DNA from: Balanoglossus misakiensis
Taxonomy: Eukaryota > Animalia > Hemichordata
Direction of reading: 5' to 3'
Assembly (NCBI GenBank): GCA_040954595.2
Contig: CM082594.2
Coordinates: 7,881,573-7,945,572, forward strand
Length of the DNA stretch: 64,000 nucleotides
In this document: positions 49,093-62,070 of the stretch, piece by piece
Position numbering within the stretch: position 1 is the first letter of the stretch
Layout of the letters: every line of letters begins with the position of its first letter
The notes under the pieces: generated by a model
Database searches by the model: none
Told to the model about the DNA's origin: nothing
The model's input: the letters and a program-made list of their open reading frames with translations, nothing else
Translations under genes and position numbers: made by a program

Positions 49093-50372
49093 ATGGATTC
49101 TTCGCCATCATCAGGGAAAGATGTTTCCACTTCCAGAAAAGTGGCGACTGTTAGCCAGAACAGTGACAGCAGGGACTTTACTAACTACAGCATTGCGAAT
49201 ATACTTTCTACGAAACCAGGTACGTATACCCGAGTTCTTTTGAGATAGACGTTCATCAATTCAAATACCAACTTGAGACAACGTGTGTTTAATATTTCTC
49301 CGTTGCGTGATGACCTAAAAGTTGAGAAAGTCCTCACTCATAGTGCGTGGTAAGGACATTGTCCACGCGAAAATGTCATGATTAAGAGTTCAATTGCATT
49401 TATTCGCACAGAAAATAACGTTTCGATGGCCCCAGCTACAAAGAGTGATTCGAAGTCAAACATCACCACTGACAAAGTGGCAATGGATGTCGTACCACGG
49501 AATCGGCGTCGCCGTTGCCGAACCGTCTACACCCAAGGCCAACTGGATACCCTCGAGGGCGTCTTCAGGTACCAACAGTATCCCGATATTGCGTCCAGGG
49601 AGGCGTTGGCAAAATCCATCGATTTACCTGAAGCTAGGGTGCAGGTAGGCAATATGAAGGCAACTAAATTGTTCGCGTACTATTGGTTTGCATGGGGACA
49701 ATGAAGTCTCCATGAAATTAGATTTGCCTTATTTTTTTCATTGAGCAAGTCATGAAAGTAGACAAAATTCATTCAGCGATTTTGATGACAAACCTTTCTA
49801 CACAGGTGTGGTTCCAAAACAAGCGAGCGCGGATAAGAAAATTCGGTCGACAGGCAAGGACATGTCAACCATGCCATCTCCAACCGCCAACTCTGCCATC
49901 TTCTAGCTTCTCATCGGGATTTGAGACAGAAAAAGTCACCGATTGCGCCAACGACTCGTCCGCCGTCGGTTCGGTCAACTTCGCACTCCGAGGGCCCAGA
50001 GAACCACGACAAAGTGCCACAGCCATTCCTCCCGCTGTTGCTCCGCCTCCCCAAGAAAATTCACTCGGAATCCCGTGCACATATCCTCTATGCGTTAACC
50101 CGTATCGAAAATCCACATACAGAGTGCCAAATGTCACCAACACACCTGTGACTTTCACCACTATTGGTGCGCGTCCAATCGCCGCAACCTGCCATCAATA
50201 CACGCACGAGGAAACAGCTTTCTGCGGCAGTGCTGCCCGCTTCCAACCGTCTCCGATTTGTCAACCCTATACTCCGAGGGCAAGAAAATTCGATCACTCC
50301 CAGTTTCCTGCGAGAAAGTTCTCGCCTTCGAAATCGAAGCTCTCGTCAGACCCTTATCTCTGGTGGTCGTAG
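49093..50372 (+). CDS. Divergent PRD-class (Q50) homeobox protein with N-terminal eh1 motif, 3 exons
   Basis: Exons 49093-49219, 49412-49644 and 49806-50372 join in frame. YSIANIL (eh1). Homeodomain RRRCRTVYTQGQLDTLEGVFRYQQYPDIASREALAKSIDLPEARVQ|VWFQNKRARIRK, with the PRD-typical intron between codons 46 and 47. Confidence 0.9.
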
Positions 50373-51428
50373 CGCCCTCAGTGTCGAACTAAGTGATTGA
50401 TGTTGTTTATCGACATGGAGCTAGGACGAAAGAATCACAAGCCGATTTTTCGGGGCTGATGAGTGTGGATTGTTTTGCAAGGGACTACCTGTTTTGGCCA
50501 ATTTCACTTATTTTACTATCTACGAAGATTTTCCTAGTTACTTTTCAAGTATATGCCAATATTCAGTACATATATTCATTTGACAATTCTTCAAGACAAG
50601 GGCATGAAGAATATCAGGCACAAAGAAATGTTGTTATAGCAACTACATTTTTTATTACAATTGGCTCTACATGTACATACAACAAAAACAAACACTCAAA
50701 TCATGGTCTTGAAATAAACAGCATTTAAAAGGAAAGAGAAATTTCATGTACATGGTAACTATACACAATTAAAAAATATCGTGACATTAGACAGCAAGTT
50801 TAGCATTATCAAGTAAAATAATTGATCACAGATATCAAACATGAAGGTAGTATGTGTATTTTTCTTTTACTAGCTATCAAGATCAAATCTATACAAAACC
50901 ATTTCATTGAGAGTTTCATCATTTAAAATATCAAAAACTAAACCACCGACAATATATATCTATTTTTCTCCCCTAATCAAAGAGGGTCTTTTCTGAAAAA
51001 AATCCAAGTTGCTAGAATTTGTGTTGGTTCACTGTCCAGCCAATCGGTCAAAACACTTGAGGCTTCTTCGCTTCAAACTTGGCAATATACAGCTAGTTAT
51101 ATGTAAATCTACACCTTGGGGGAGCACAGCCCATGTAATAAATGCTACCAGCCAGTTGTCCAGTCTGTCCCCTTGTAAAAAGTATCTGGATGTCGAAATG
51201 ACGCTCCCTCACGAAAAATCAAGTCTATTCCAGTTGTAAAATTGTAGCAGTGGTCATTTTCCCCCCTTGATCTGTAAAAGCCTGCAAACCAGAAACATGA
51301 AATGATCAGCTATCTACCCTTTTTGGGGGGTCCAACATTACCATAGAAAACAATGGGTTTGGACTGAACCATGGTGGTGATAGGGTTAAGACACTGGATG
51401 TAATTACCATGCGATCTACTTACCAAGT

Positions 51429-54300
51429 CTAGTCATTTGGGTGTTCTGGGCACGACCGATTGACCTCAAACCAGGAATCAATACAGCTGTAGGATGAACA
51501 GAGCGAGTTGCGTTCAGTTACACTTTTCAGGAATCCTTACTTTTTTTAAATAAATTTACAAAACCAATGTGTGCCCCCAAAAAATCCAATCATTCGACAC
51601 ATACCTTTTATGGTAAATACAAAGGCATTGTAGACGTGCAATAGTGTCCCCCTGTTGCAAATCTTCCAAACAGATCACACATTCTCCTGAATCACATGTT
51701 AGAACATCCTCTGGAAAAAAGATGAAGAAAAGACGTATACAATTGGTACAATTGATGGATGGACAATCAGGAAGTATATGGCAAAATCTACATCCCTCAG
51801 TAAGTTGTAACACATCGAATTACACCCTGCTGATAATTAGTTCACTCTACATCACCTGAATTTCTCAAGTAAATTTTTGAATACACGTCCCGATCACCAC
51901 AACACTTTTGGGGTTAATTACACTTCTTTGTTACACCTCATGCATGACGGTTTATCACATTTATTCATCATACGGTACTCTTCTCATGAACACCTCCTTT
52001 CATCAAGAAAAGGTTGACATTTATCATCCAATTAATTTGATGATGACGAGATGATTAAACCACTCTTTCTATTCCTGTGCATTGCACACTAGACAAAGAG
52101 GTACACGGCCAGTGACAATAGGAATTGACATTCTCTGTTATGTAAACATGCCACTATGACGAGAAGAATTTTCAGGGGACACAGTAATGAACAAAAAATG
52201 AGAGTGTAAATTATGACTGTGGAACAGAGACAAACATCATTTGTATTTCATCTGTGTATATGGTTTTTACATGTAATACACCAATAAGCCTTTCAATAAA
52301 TTTCCATATCATTTAAATGGCATAAAAGCCATCACAGCTAGAACTGAATTTCACATTATGTCTGGAGTAATAGAATTATAAGCCAAACTGTCAGTCTTCG
52401 CTGTAACTGACAGAATCAGTGATTGACAATGGGTGCGACCTTGGCATGTCTGGTATTGGGAGGTTGAATAATGTACTCAAGTGATAAAAGGTTGAATTTT
52501 ATATATATTATAATGTTAGGGTAACGCTGTGATGAATAGACTCTGTCTCTGTGCGTGAGGTATACACAATGTTAAGCCTGATTATGGCTTCAAAATTGTA
52601 GAAAAATCACAAGTGAGCGCTTCTGGAAGTAAAACAAAGATACTTACGATTGTAACTAATTCTTGGCTTGGTTAGACAGACAACCAGATGACATTCAATA
52701 TCATCGGGGGGCACAAACTTGGAACAAACTGGACATTTTATACCTGAAATTAAAAAAAAATCATTAAAAATGTTTAAAGACCTCCAAATTTATCATGTGT
52801 GCAGATTTCCGGTCTTATAAATATTTACATGACATGGGTAAGTATAGAGTGAAAGGTACATGTACACTTTATGGCTGTGGCTTTGAAACAACATTAGGGC
52901 TGCATAGTTTCTTACTTCATAAACATGGCATACAGAACATGTCATAAATCAAATCACAACCACCCTTGTTCATGTAAACAGATCCTGCTCTGTTTTGAAT
53001 CTACATGTATTATTTCACAGCCGGTATTGCCATTTTATTTCATTTGATTATGTCAATTTAAAACAATCAATTGAACATGATTTAAATGCATTCCAACTAT
53101 TTCGTGTTATCAAACCAATATTCGGTACAGATTATAGAAGTAGAACAAAGGTGAGTGACCTTGAGAGAAATCATGTGACGTGCTCCTGTTTATGTTGTCG
53201 TGTCCTACTTTGCATGTGGCAGTTTCACATCATTGGGATGTCTCACATTGATTTCTACCTAGAAGCCTATGTTATTTCTCTCTATATATACATGTACTCT
53301 CACTATAGATTCACACATGACAAAGACCTTTCCAAGCTAGCGTTTTCCAGTCTAACTCTATTTCATAAAACAGCTGTTCGTAACATACATGTATAAGAAC
53401 CAAACAACCAATACATGAATCAGCAATTTACGAAATGAACACATTTGCTCTGCATTCAAATTGTAAAAGCAATGTCAACTAAGTACATGAATAGACAGCA
53501 CACATAAAACAGTGTGCATCAGCATCACTAGAACACTGCACTGATACAAGGGAGGAGTGCAGGCCAAAAGAGACACACGTCCTTATGGAGGCATCACTGT
53601 GTTACTGCCATGGTTGTTGCCTCCATGGTCTTACCATGGACGTGCCAATGGTCCTGCGAAAATATGTTTACACTAAATTGATCACACGGCAGCACAGGTT
53701 AGAATACCGCTTATAAAATAAAGATTGATATTACGTGTGACATATTGATTGTTCTGTGTTTGCTCATGTCTGCAGTCTATGATAGTGGAGTGGGCTCATA
53801 AGACTGCAAACAAAAGGTGAATATTCCACTACATGTACCAGCATCTGATGAACAATGAATCAACCTTTGCATAATAAATAAAGCTAAACCATCCAAACAA
53901 TGATAAACGAAAAAAAAAATGAACTCAAATGAGAATTACCAGTCAAAAACGACGGTGAAAGTAGGTGTGCTGGTAATGATTGGGCTTGCAACGCAAAAAC
54001 GTTTGGATTTATGGAATCTTGATCTGGCGAACTGCTCTCCGAATCCGGACTCAAGCCACTATTCCCGGCTATGTTCAAGCTCTGGAATCCATTTTGTACA
54101 CTTCCCAGAGATCTCGCTCTTCCGCGAGCATTCGATGAGTTCGACCCAAAGAAAGGGTGATTTGTTCCGGGCTGGCCGTGTCCAAATGCCAAGCTGTAGG
54201 CTCCGCTGGCCGTACCAGCTGAACTTCCGCCAACCCCAGGCCCACCACCTGAATATGTCCTCATGCGTGGGTTACTGGTGGTGCTTGCTTTGGCACCCAT
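51429..54300 (-). CDS. E3 ubiquitin ligase ZNRF1/ZNRF2 homolog
   Basis: Myristoylation-type MGAKAS start, AQSLPAHL, GIKCPVCSKFVPPDDIECHLVVCLTKPRISYN (UBZ), and ECVICLEDLQQGDTIARLQCLCIYHKSCIDSWFEVNRSCPEHPND* (RING-H2). 4 coding exons. Confidence 0.95.
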
Positions 54301-56818
54301 GGCTACCTGTTCTCCGCTACAATCCAAAACAAACGGTGGCAAATCCCTCTATTCACAAACACGTACAAACTCTCCCAATATGTACAGGTGGTGCAAATGC
54401 ACTACGGCGAAAATAACACGAAAGTAGTAACGCAATCACTCTGGGCCGCCATCTTGCTTTTCTTCTCTGTTGTGACCAAAATATACTGTGACGTATTCAA
54501 CTAGCGACCAATAGGAACACAGAACCGCAATGAACATTCAGGCGCCGTTTGCGCCCTCTAGCATCGTGAAAGTGGTGTGTGCAAATTTCAGAAATTTGTC
54601 GATTTCGTACAGTCATTGAATAAAGAAAGTTGGTACTGAAACATATCCATTCATATCTAGTTCCAGTAGCAAAAACTATACCATTCCCCTGTATTTTTTT
54701 CTCATTTCAGCAACAAAAATGTGACGAGTGTAACCATGGTCGCTCCACAGGAGTGGCCGTGATATAACCTTGGCAACGCATAACTTAATTCATAGTCGAA
54801 TATGTACGTCTTTCATTTTTAAAATTTACTTGCTACTCCCAAAGGAACAATCTCACTAATTAACCGGTATAATGAATATTGCTATTAACATTATGTAACA
54901 CTCTCTTTTACTCAATTTCAAAACGCGACTGTTATTCAACATCGACGCCAAGTTGGAATCAGTCTGTTGTTCTGCCTACCCGCATCAGTAAGTTTGTATG
55001 TAGACCTATATACATGTACACTTCATTGAAACAGAGAACCAATGGTTTCAGGCAAAGAATTCAGCCACAGACGGAGATTATCCGCCAACGTGGTTCATTA
55101 ATATTGCATTATAGTTTGTAGTATAAAGCCTAATAAGTAGTCCTATATTGAGTTCTTTGAGGAGCATGCTTTTTGGCGAGGAATCTGTAAATAAACGGAT
55201 TTCCACGGAACATCTGCGTCAATGCTGTAATTTACTATGCAAATACGACATAATATTACCCCTCTGAGCGTACAAGAGGTAAAACACGCCAACTGCACAA
55301 ATCAGGGATTGCAGTGATGCAGGTAAAACTCTTGAAACGTAGCCCTCAGGCGACAGGGCGAGTAATGTACGTCAGACGTACAGGTTACAAGACAGGTCCG
55401 TAAATCCCAAATGTCGGCTTTAAAGTTCTGGAAATTCCGCATCTCATATGTCGTAGATTAATCTAATAAAGCTGAAAATTGCACCTGTTCAACAAAACTA
55501 AACTGTAAGGTCAGTAATCATCATCATCCAAGGTTTGAAATGTTTGATCATAGAGAAGATCTTTTTCAACTGTCTGGGGGTTTGATAAAAACAGATCTTT
55601 GCTAATCACAAAAAAATGAATGATACATAGCCAGCGGGTCACTGCAAACATATACAGAACAGATAAAAACAGTCAAGTACAGGAAGAGGTGTTATGAAAT
55701 TATTTATTTTACATCTTGGCCAGTTAACTGTGATGTGGATAATTACATTCATATGCATTTATGTGCTTCACATTATTAAATCAAATGTTTATGAGTAAAA
55801 AAAAATCTTCCAATTTCTCTAAAAATTGTTTACAACTCTGTTGGAAAGGTATAATAATCTTGTTGCTTTCGAGTATCAACCTTGTTGTCGTAAGTAACCC
55901 GAGATACAAAAAATCCCCACATAAAATATACATATAAGCACCCATGATCATTTTAGTTTTGACTTCCAAATAATATCAGAATGAACTTGGAAATGGTAAT
56001 ATACAGAATGTATGAACTGAGTATTTTCAATAACTATAGCAACTTTGACTAACTTTGCCACTGGCTGACATTTCAGAAGAGTCAAACAACTTGAAACGAA
56101 ACTTGAACACATTATTGAAAGTAATCATGTATATGCAAAATAACATCGCAATCAATGTCTTTATTTTGAATTGGAGAAAACACATTATAAATAAAAAATC
56201 TAGCATTCAAAGAATAATTTGATGTTCTGGAGTATACTTACCGACTACAAACCTAGTAGGTTTATGATATCATGTTCTCTACGAGTATGATATGTAGGTA
56301 CTGGTGTATACCAAATGTCAGGCCTTTGCTCTCACACGTGGAGATAGTAAGTCTATGTGGGCATGAAGTGTCATGTTCTAGAAACGGCAGTCGTGGGTGA
56401 ATATAAGCCTCACACAATTTTATATTGAACTATTTCAAGGCACATCAGCCAATGATTTCTATGTATTTTGAATGTGTCAATGAATATATACGTTCCACAC
56501 ATGAAATCACAATTTTTTATACGTAAAAAAGTAATATTTCCACTGGATTATACTTAATCTGTTTCAGCCTCCCATGTCTCTACACTACAGTACTTGTGTG
56601 ATATTTTCCTATCAATTATTGTTAGTCATAAAGCAATATTACAGTGAAAAGGTAAAGCATGTTTGACCCACAAGCAGGTGCGGAATATTCAGATTAAAAA
56701 TTACAGGTAAATAACCTTGTGAAAGTCTCAGAGTGTTTTTTTGTAAGAATAGACACGAAATTGTTAAGAAAATGTAAATGCTTGAATGTGGTGAAAGAAA
56801 TTATAGTACTGATACCGC

Positions 56819-59800
56819 TCAACAGTTGCTTTCATTGTCTTGTGATGGAATTAGACAGGCTGTGTCGCTGTCACTTTGACAAGAAGTCTGTGAAGTGTTG
56901 TCTTCTGCTTCTCTGTGAGTGATTTCTTCTGTTTGGTGGTCATCATTGTCATTTGTTTCCACCACTGTGGACGACTGTGCGTCTGTCAGCGTAGGTGCTG
57001 GCGTTATCTCCTGCAACTGTTGTATTGAGGCAACGGCGCGGGCAATTTCACTTTCCTGGACGATCTCCTCCGCCGCCTGACGGTCGGTCTCCGTGTCGGT
57101 GTCCGTGTCCTGCCGCGCCTCGTTCTCCTCGTTGCTAGGCGACTCCGCCCCCTCGGCGGCCTCTGCCTCCTCGCCGCACTCGATGAGGGACGTTGGACGC
57201 AGCGTCGTCAAGCGGCTCCGCTGGCAACGTCTGGCGCGCCGGGCGTGGGCCAGCGCGTGCACCTGTTCCATGAACGCCGACTGGGCCTGCTCTGAGGGAT
57301 CCGACGCTTCTATCGACGCCGCGTACGTTGGGGGCGCTTCTCGGCGCATGAATTCTCTCTCCACGCGCGACATTGGAGACGAGTCAAACGAGGAATGTTG
57401 TTCGTTCAACCGCAGTGCGTAGAGTTTGCACGTACATCCAAGGGCTATGACCAGCAGTAAACCACATATCAATGAACCAATCACAGCGGCCGTTATCACA
57501 CGTGTTGAAACAAATTCTGAAATGAAAATATTACACTCAATAATTCAGCAAACTAACAACATAACCTTCTTTTCTACACAACAGTGCAACAAAATAAGAA
57601 TGGTGGCTTTGTCCCTTTAAACCTGATGGTGGCTTTGTCCCTTTAAAGTCGACGAGTATGTGAATTTACAACAAAAGACTGCAAGAAACTTACTTGGACA
57701 GTACACTTCATCTGAGCCATCACCACAGTCATCAGTTTCATCACACTGCCACGATTCAAAGATACACTTTTTATTTTTACAGAGGAACAGACCTCTGTTG
57801 CTGTTACAGACTTCAGCGTTGCAGTTGTACTCATCAGATCCATCTGTACACCTGGCTTTTCCACTGCAGTGATCTGATTGGCTGAAGCAGGCTTGCCCTG
57901 TCCAGCATGAAAACTCATCGTCTTTACAACCATCTAACAGAAAGAAAGATGTTGTCATACATTTAGCTGACGCCGTAACAGAGAAAATGTGTTTTTAGAA
58001 TTTTAAACCCATGGTACATGATTGTACCAGTGACAGTGTAATTATGCAAAATTCCCAATTTTCATCAAAGACACGACATTCACATTAAGATCAAACACTT
58101 ACGGCATCCCATTTCATCTTGGCCATTTTCACATTCAAAAATATTATTACAATGTTCACTTTCAAAATCATAACAGTTGCTTTCGTCCTCGCATGGCGTC
58201 TGGTTATTGAGACATGCCCCTGAAAAAATAAAAACAAAATCAATGGCATTCACAGTATTGTGTATTACATAACAAGGGAGAACACTACAGTGAGAAGTCT
58301 GAACAAATCTGTATAATGTTAGCACATTGGCCTTAATTGTCACCTTTGCGTTGATAGGTAGCGTTGAAACCTCTATTCGTGAAGTGTTCATCAGCTTGGA
58401 ATACGACCATCAGTCGGCTGTGACTGGATTCAATAAGCTTGGGTGCACTCTGACCATCATTGACACGACAAAGCTCTTGCTGCAAGGACAGAAGAGAAAT
58501 ATAACTATTACAATGTTGCCATTTTATCAAGAAGAATAAAACAGTGGCTTTATACCAGAACTGATTACAGCAATTACTGCCATACTATTGCAGGATGAGA
58601 CCTTCCCCCAGCCTCCTTGACCTTTGACACGAATCCTACAACCCTTCAGTGGTGTTCATCAGTACACTAATACATGCAAATGCTGCATTTACCTCATACA
58701 TGTTATCACCATCATACACAATGACCGTGTCCGAGCTATCGATCTGGAAATCAACAAATCGCAGCTGTATGGTGTTCCCCGCTGGCACTTCAATAATCCA
58801 GGTGCATTCCATGTGGTTGGAGTACTGCTGGGGGTAATGGGGAGTGGTGAAATAGCCGGTGTCTCCGTCCAGGTAGTGATTGCACGTGGAACTACAGCGC
58901 AGTTCGTCTATGGAGTCCAGACAGTCCGGGATGCCGTCGCACTTACGGAATTCCGGTAAGCAGATCTCTTCCTTGGAGTCTATGCTGTTGCAGCTGAAAT
59001 AATGCTGTCCACATTTGGTAATGTTGGGTCGGTGAATCCCTATCAGGAGAAATTAAACTGACGTATTACTGCATTTAGTGGCACGACACATGTATTCATA
59101 TCACAGTGGTGGTTGTATGCACGGCATTATTAGTGTACAGTATGTGTGTCATAGTCCACTTCTGCCATTAGCCAGCCACTTACAAACCACAGACCAAGAT
59201 GAGTGGCTGTGCACTTACCACCAGTACAGTGCTGGGCGCTCTCATCAGATCCGTCCCCACATTCATTCATTCCGTTGCATGTCCAGTTCTCCGGAATGCA
59301 TTTTCCGTTGTTGCACCGAAACTGATGGAATGTGCAGCGTGGAGCAGGCACATAACCTGAAATAGAACCATTGACATTATAAGTATTGATCACTTCATCG
59401 AAATTGTTGAGCTTGTCATACACACACATTCCATTCAGTTACAAATCACAACCAACACTACCGGTATTACCAGTAAGTGACCAGAAAGTGTCCACAGAAG
59501 TAACCATCTTTCAGGTACATGTAATTTAAACTCCAGAAGTTCAAATCAGTGGATAAGACTTTACCTGTGATGTACATCAGTGAAAACCCTCTTCCAGAGT
59601 CCTGCTGATCTGTGTGGAATTTCAACCAGACATGACCCCGTGATGATATGAATGGTGGAGGTAGTTCGCTGCCACAGTACCTCTGTCCCCCAATCATTCC
59701 GATGACAGGACCGATTTCGAGGTAATCATACTCACAGTGGATTTTATCTTCCAGATCAAATTCTCTAAAGCTGAGATACAGGGGGAAATTGAGGTAAAAC

Positions 59801-60483
59801 ACTAGATAGGCTCTAAGCACATATTTTGCCTTTGAAGGCAAATAACCAAGTTGCAAACTGTGGAGTACTGTATAAACTTTAGAAGTGTAATACCTGATTG
59901 TAATAGTCATATTATCATGTTCAGCATTAATGAACCATGAACAGTCCTGATTGGATAAATACGGTTGTGGATAGTTCTGATTGGCTATGTTTCCTTCTGG
60001 TCCAAAACGTTGCGTATTAGGACATTCGTGTCCTGTAACAAGAAAACATAATTATCAAAACAACAGTCTTAGGTGATGTTTTGTATAAAGGAACAATCTC
60101 TAAGCTCTGCTAGAGAAATTATTTGACTCTACGTTTATAAATTAACTTGTCTTTTATACCTTCATCATCCTGTCCAGAATTCAACGTCCCCGCTCCTACA
60201 AAAACAAACAAGTGTAACAATGACATACGTCGGAAGGTCACGAAACATACATGTATCACCGGTAGAAACTCAAGGCCAGGTTAACACCTCGGGTGACCGA
60301 GTTTTATCAGATACGACCCACTTTATCTCAAAATATTGGAGAAGGTTTAAATACGGTATTCATCGCGTACAACGTACAATCATTGTACATACCTGTACCC
60401 GGAAGGCAAAGCGAAATCCCGTGACACACGATCAAGGAAGTCATCAAAATGTTCACGTTTCCATGTCCAAACGTCCACGCCAT
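56819..60483 (-). CDS. LRP12: LRP12/LRP3/LRP10-family receptor (CUB-LDLa-LDLa-CUB-LDLa repeats-TM)
   Basis: Signal-like first exon, two CUB domains (CEYDYLEIG...[13 protein letters not shown]; [12 protein letters not shown]), LDLa repeats ([13 protein letters not shown]; [13 protein letters not shown]), [29 protein letters not shown] and REAPPTY. The start codon is tentative. Confidence 0.88.
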
Positions 60484-60723
60484 TTCAAACTTTGTCCAGG
60501 ATATAATAGATAAATAAGTAATTTGATATACGTTATGGCGTGACGGATGATATCAGCATATGTTGCGGGTGCTATCTGAAAACATAGGGTGGTGCGCGTT
60601 GACACATTTCATCTCCCGACGGCCATTTTGTTTTGACGTTCAACTTTGTTGGACTGAAGATAGCATCGGATTCAGATTGAAATTTATTCCAAAACTTCAT
60701 CCGAATACCTGGCCGAATACGCC

Positions 60724-60796
60724 TCTGTCTGTCTGTCTGTCTGTCTGTGTCTCTCTCTGTACTGTGTGTCTCTCTCTCTTTGTCTGTCTATCTCTG
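60724..60796. repeat. (TCTG)/(TC) simple repeat upstream of LRP12-like
   Basis: Visible simple repeat. Confidence 0.85.
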
Positions 60797-62070
60797 TGTA
60801 TTGTGTATATGATCTTATGTTATGAAGTCTCCTCTTTGTTCCACCGACACCCATAAAGCTCGACAAGATTTTTTGTGAATAATGTTTCCTTTATTGTGTC
60901 CACGATGCTATAATTCTGTCATTCAAACTGAAGTCATGAGATAAAGGGACCTTTCGCCGGGGTATGGATCAGAGGAATTGGAGAGATTCGCATTTCCAAA
61001 ACCTGTCCTAGGGGATGGGCTTATTTTAGAATTGGAAATGCGACTAAATGTCAAATTCTATCTTCTCAGTTGTTCAGCGATCCCACACACTCCCGTATTA
61101 CACGCGATGGTGAAATCTTCTTAGGGGAGAATCACTTAAGCTCTCGGGAGAGGGGGTGGTGGGTGGGTGGAGAGAGTGAACGTTGGACGCCACAAGTATC
61201 CAAGTAATGTGAACCATTGTCAATAATGTATTACCCCCAGTATCCCCATGTACTTTAGAAATACACAACAGGCTGAGTTGCATGTACAAATATTTATTTA
61301 TTTTACAATGACAGTAAAAAGCGGAATTAACCACTGATACATGTTGACGAGTATTTGTACATTCCGTATATCGTTACTATAGCAACAGCTTCTTCAAGTA
61401 CCAATCTCAAAAAATACTGATTCAGAAAGCATGAAAGTTTAATTTCAGCGGAAGACTTGGGAGGAGTTCAAAATTGTGACACGGTATCACTCAACGGGGA
61501 AGGACACAGTTGTTAACGGGGGATTCTCAGTATAAAATTGGGCCGATTTTCTGTCAAAGTATATTTTTCTTCAGAACTTCTCTGAACCTTAGATAAAATT
61601 ATGAATGATTGATTTCCAGGAGCGTGGTGTGATGTTTAAACATACAAATGTCAGCGTTCATCTATGAAAAGGTATGGAACAAGGGATACAGCAACGGAGA
61701 TTGAAAGTTGCCATTAAAGCAGATTAACATGGGCAGTCGTATGCCACACGTCAGTGATATCGGATATGGTCAAAAATAATTACGAAAGATGACCAGTATG
61801 TCCCAATTTCTCCATCCCCTTCATCCCTTAATAATGAACGGTGGCCGAATTACCCGAACCAAAAGATGTGATACATAAAGAAAGAAAGTGTGGGTGTCAG
61901 TACGAAGCTTGGCTGAATACAAGATGGTATATAAAATGTCGTTGTACAGCATCTCCCGTATATTGCCCAAAGAGAATACTGATTTATATCGAAAATGCTA
62001 AAAATGCGTAAGAATGAATATGTACAGCGCAGAACAAAACGTATTTACAAGAGTGAAAGATAGTGTCCGG

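Noticed and set aside
45078-57646. TTAAAGGGAC...GTCCCTTTAA as ends of a large Kolobok-type element
   Set aside because: Only about 10 bp match, the ends are 12.5 kb apart, the interval holds ordinary host genes and there is no transposase.
57600-57646. Tandem duplication of ATGGTGGCTTTGTCCCTTTAAA in an LRP12-like intron
   Set aside because: A two-copy local slippage duplication with no evident function.
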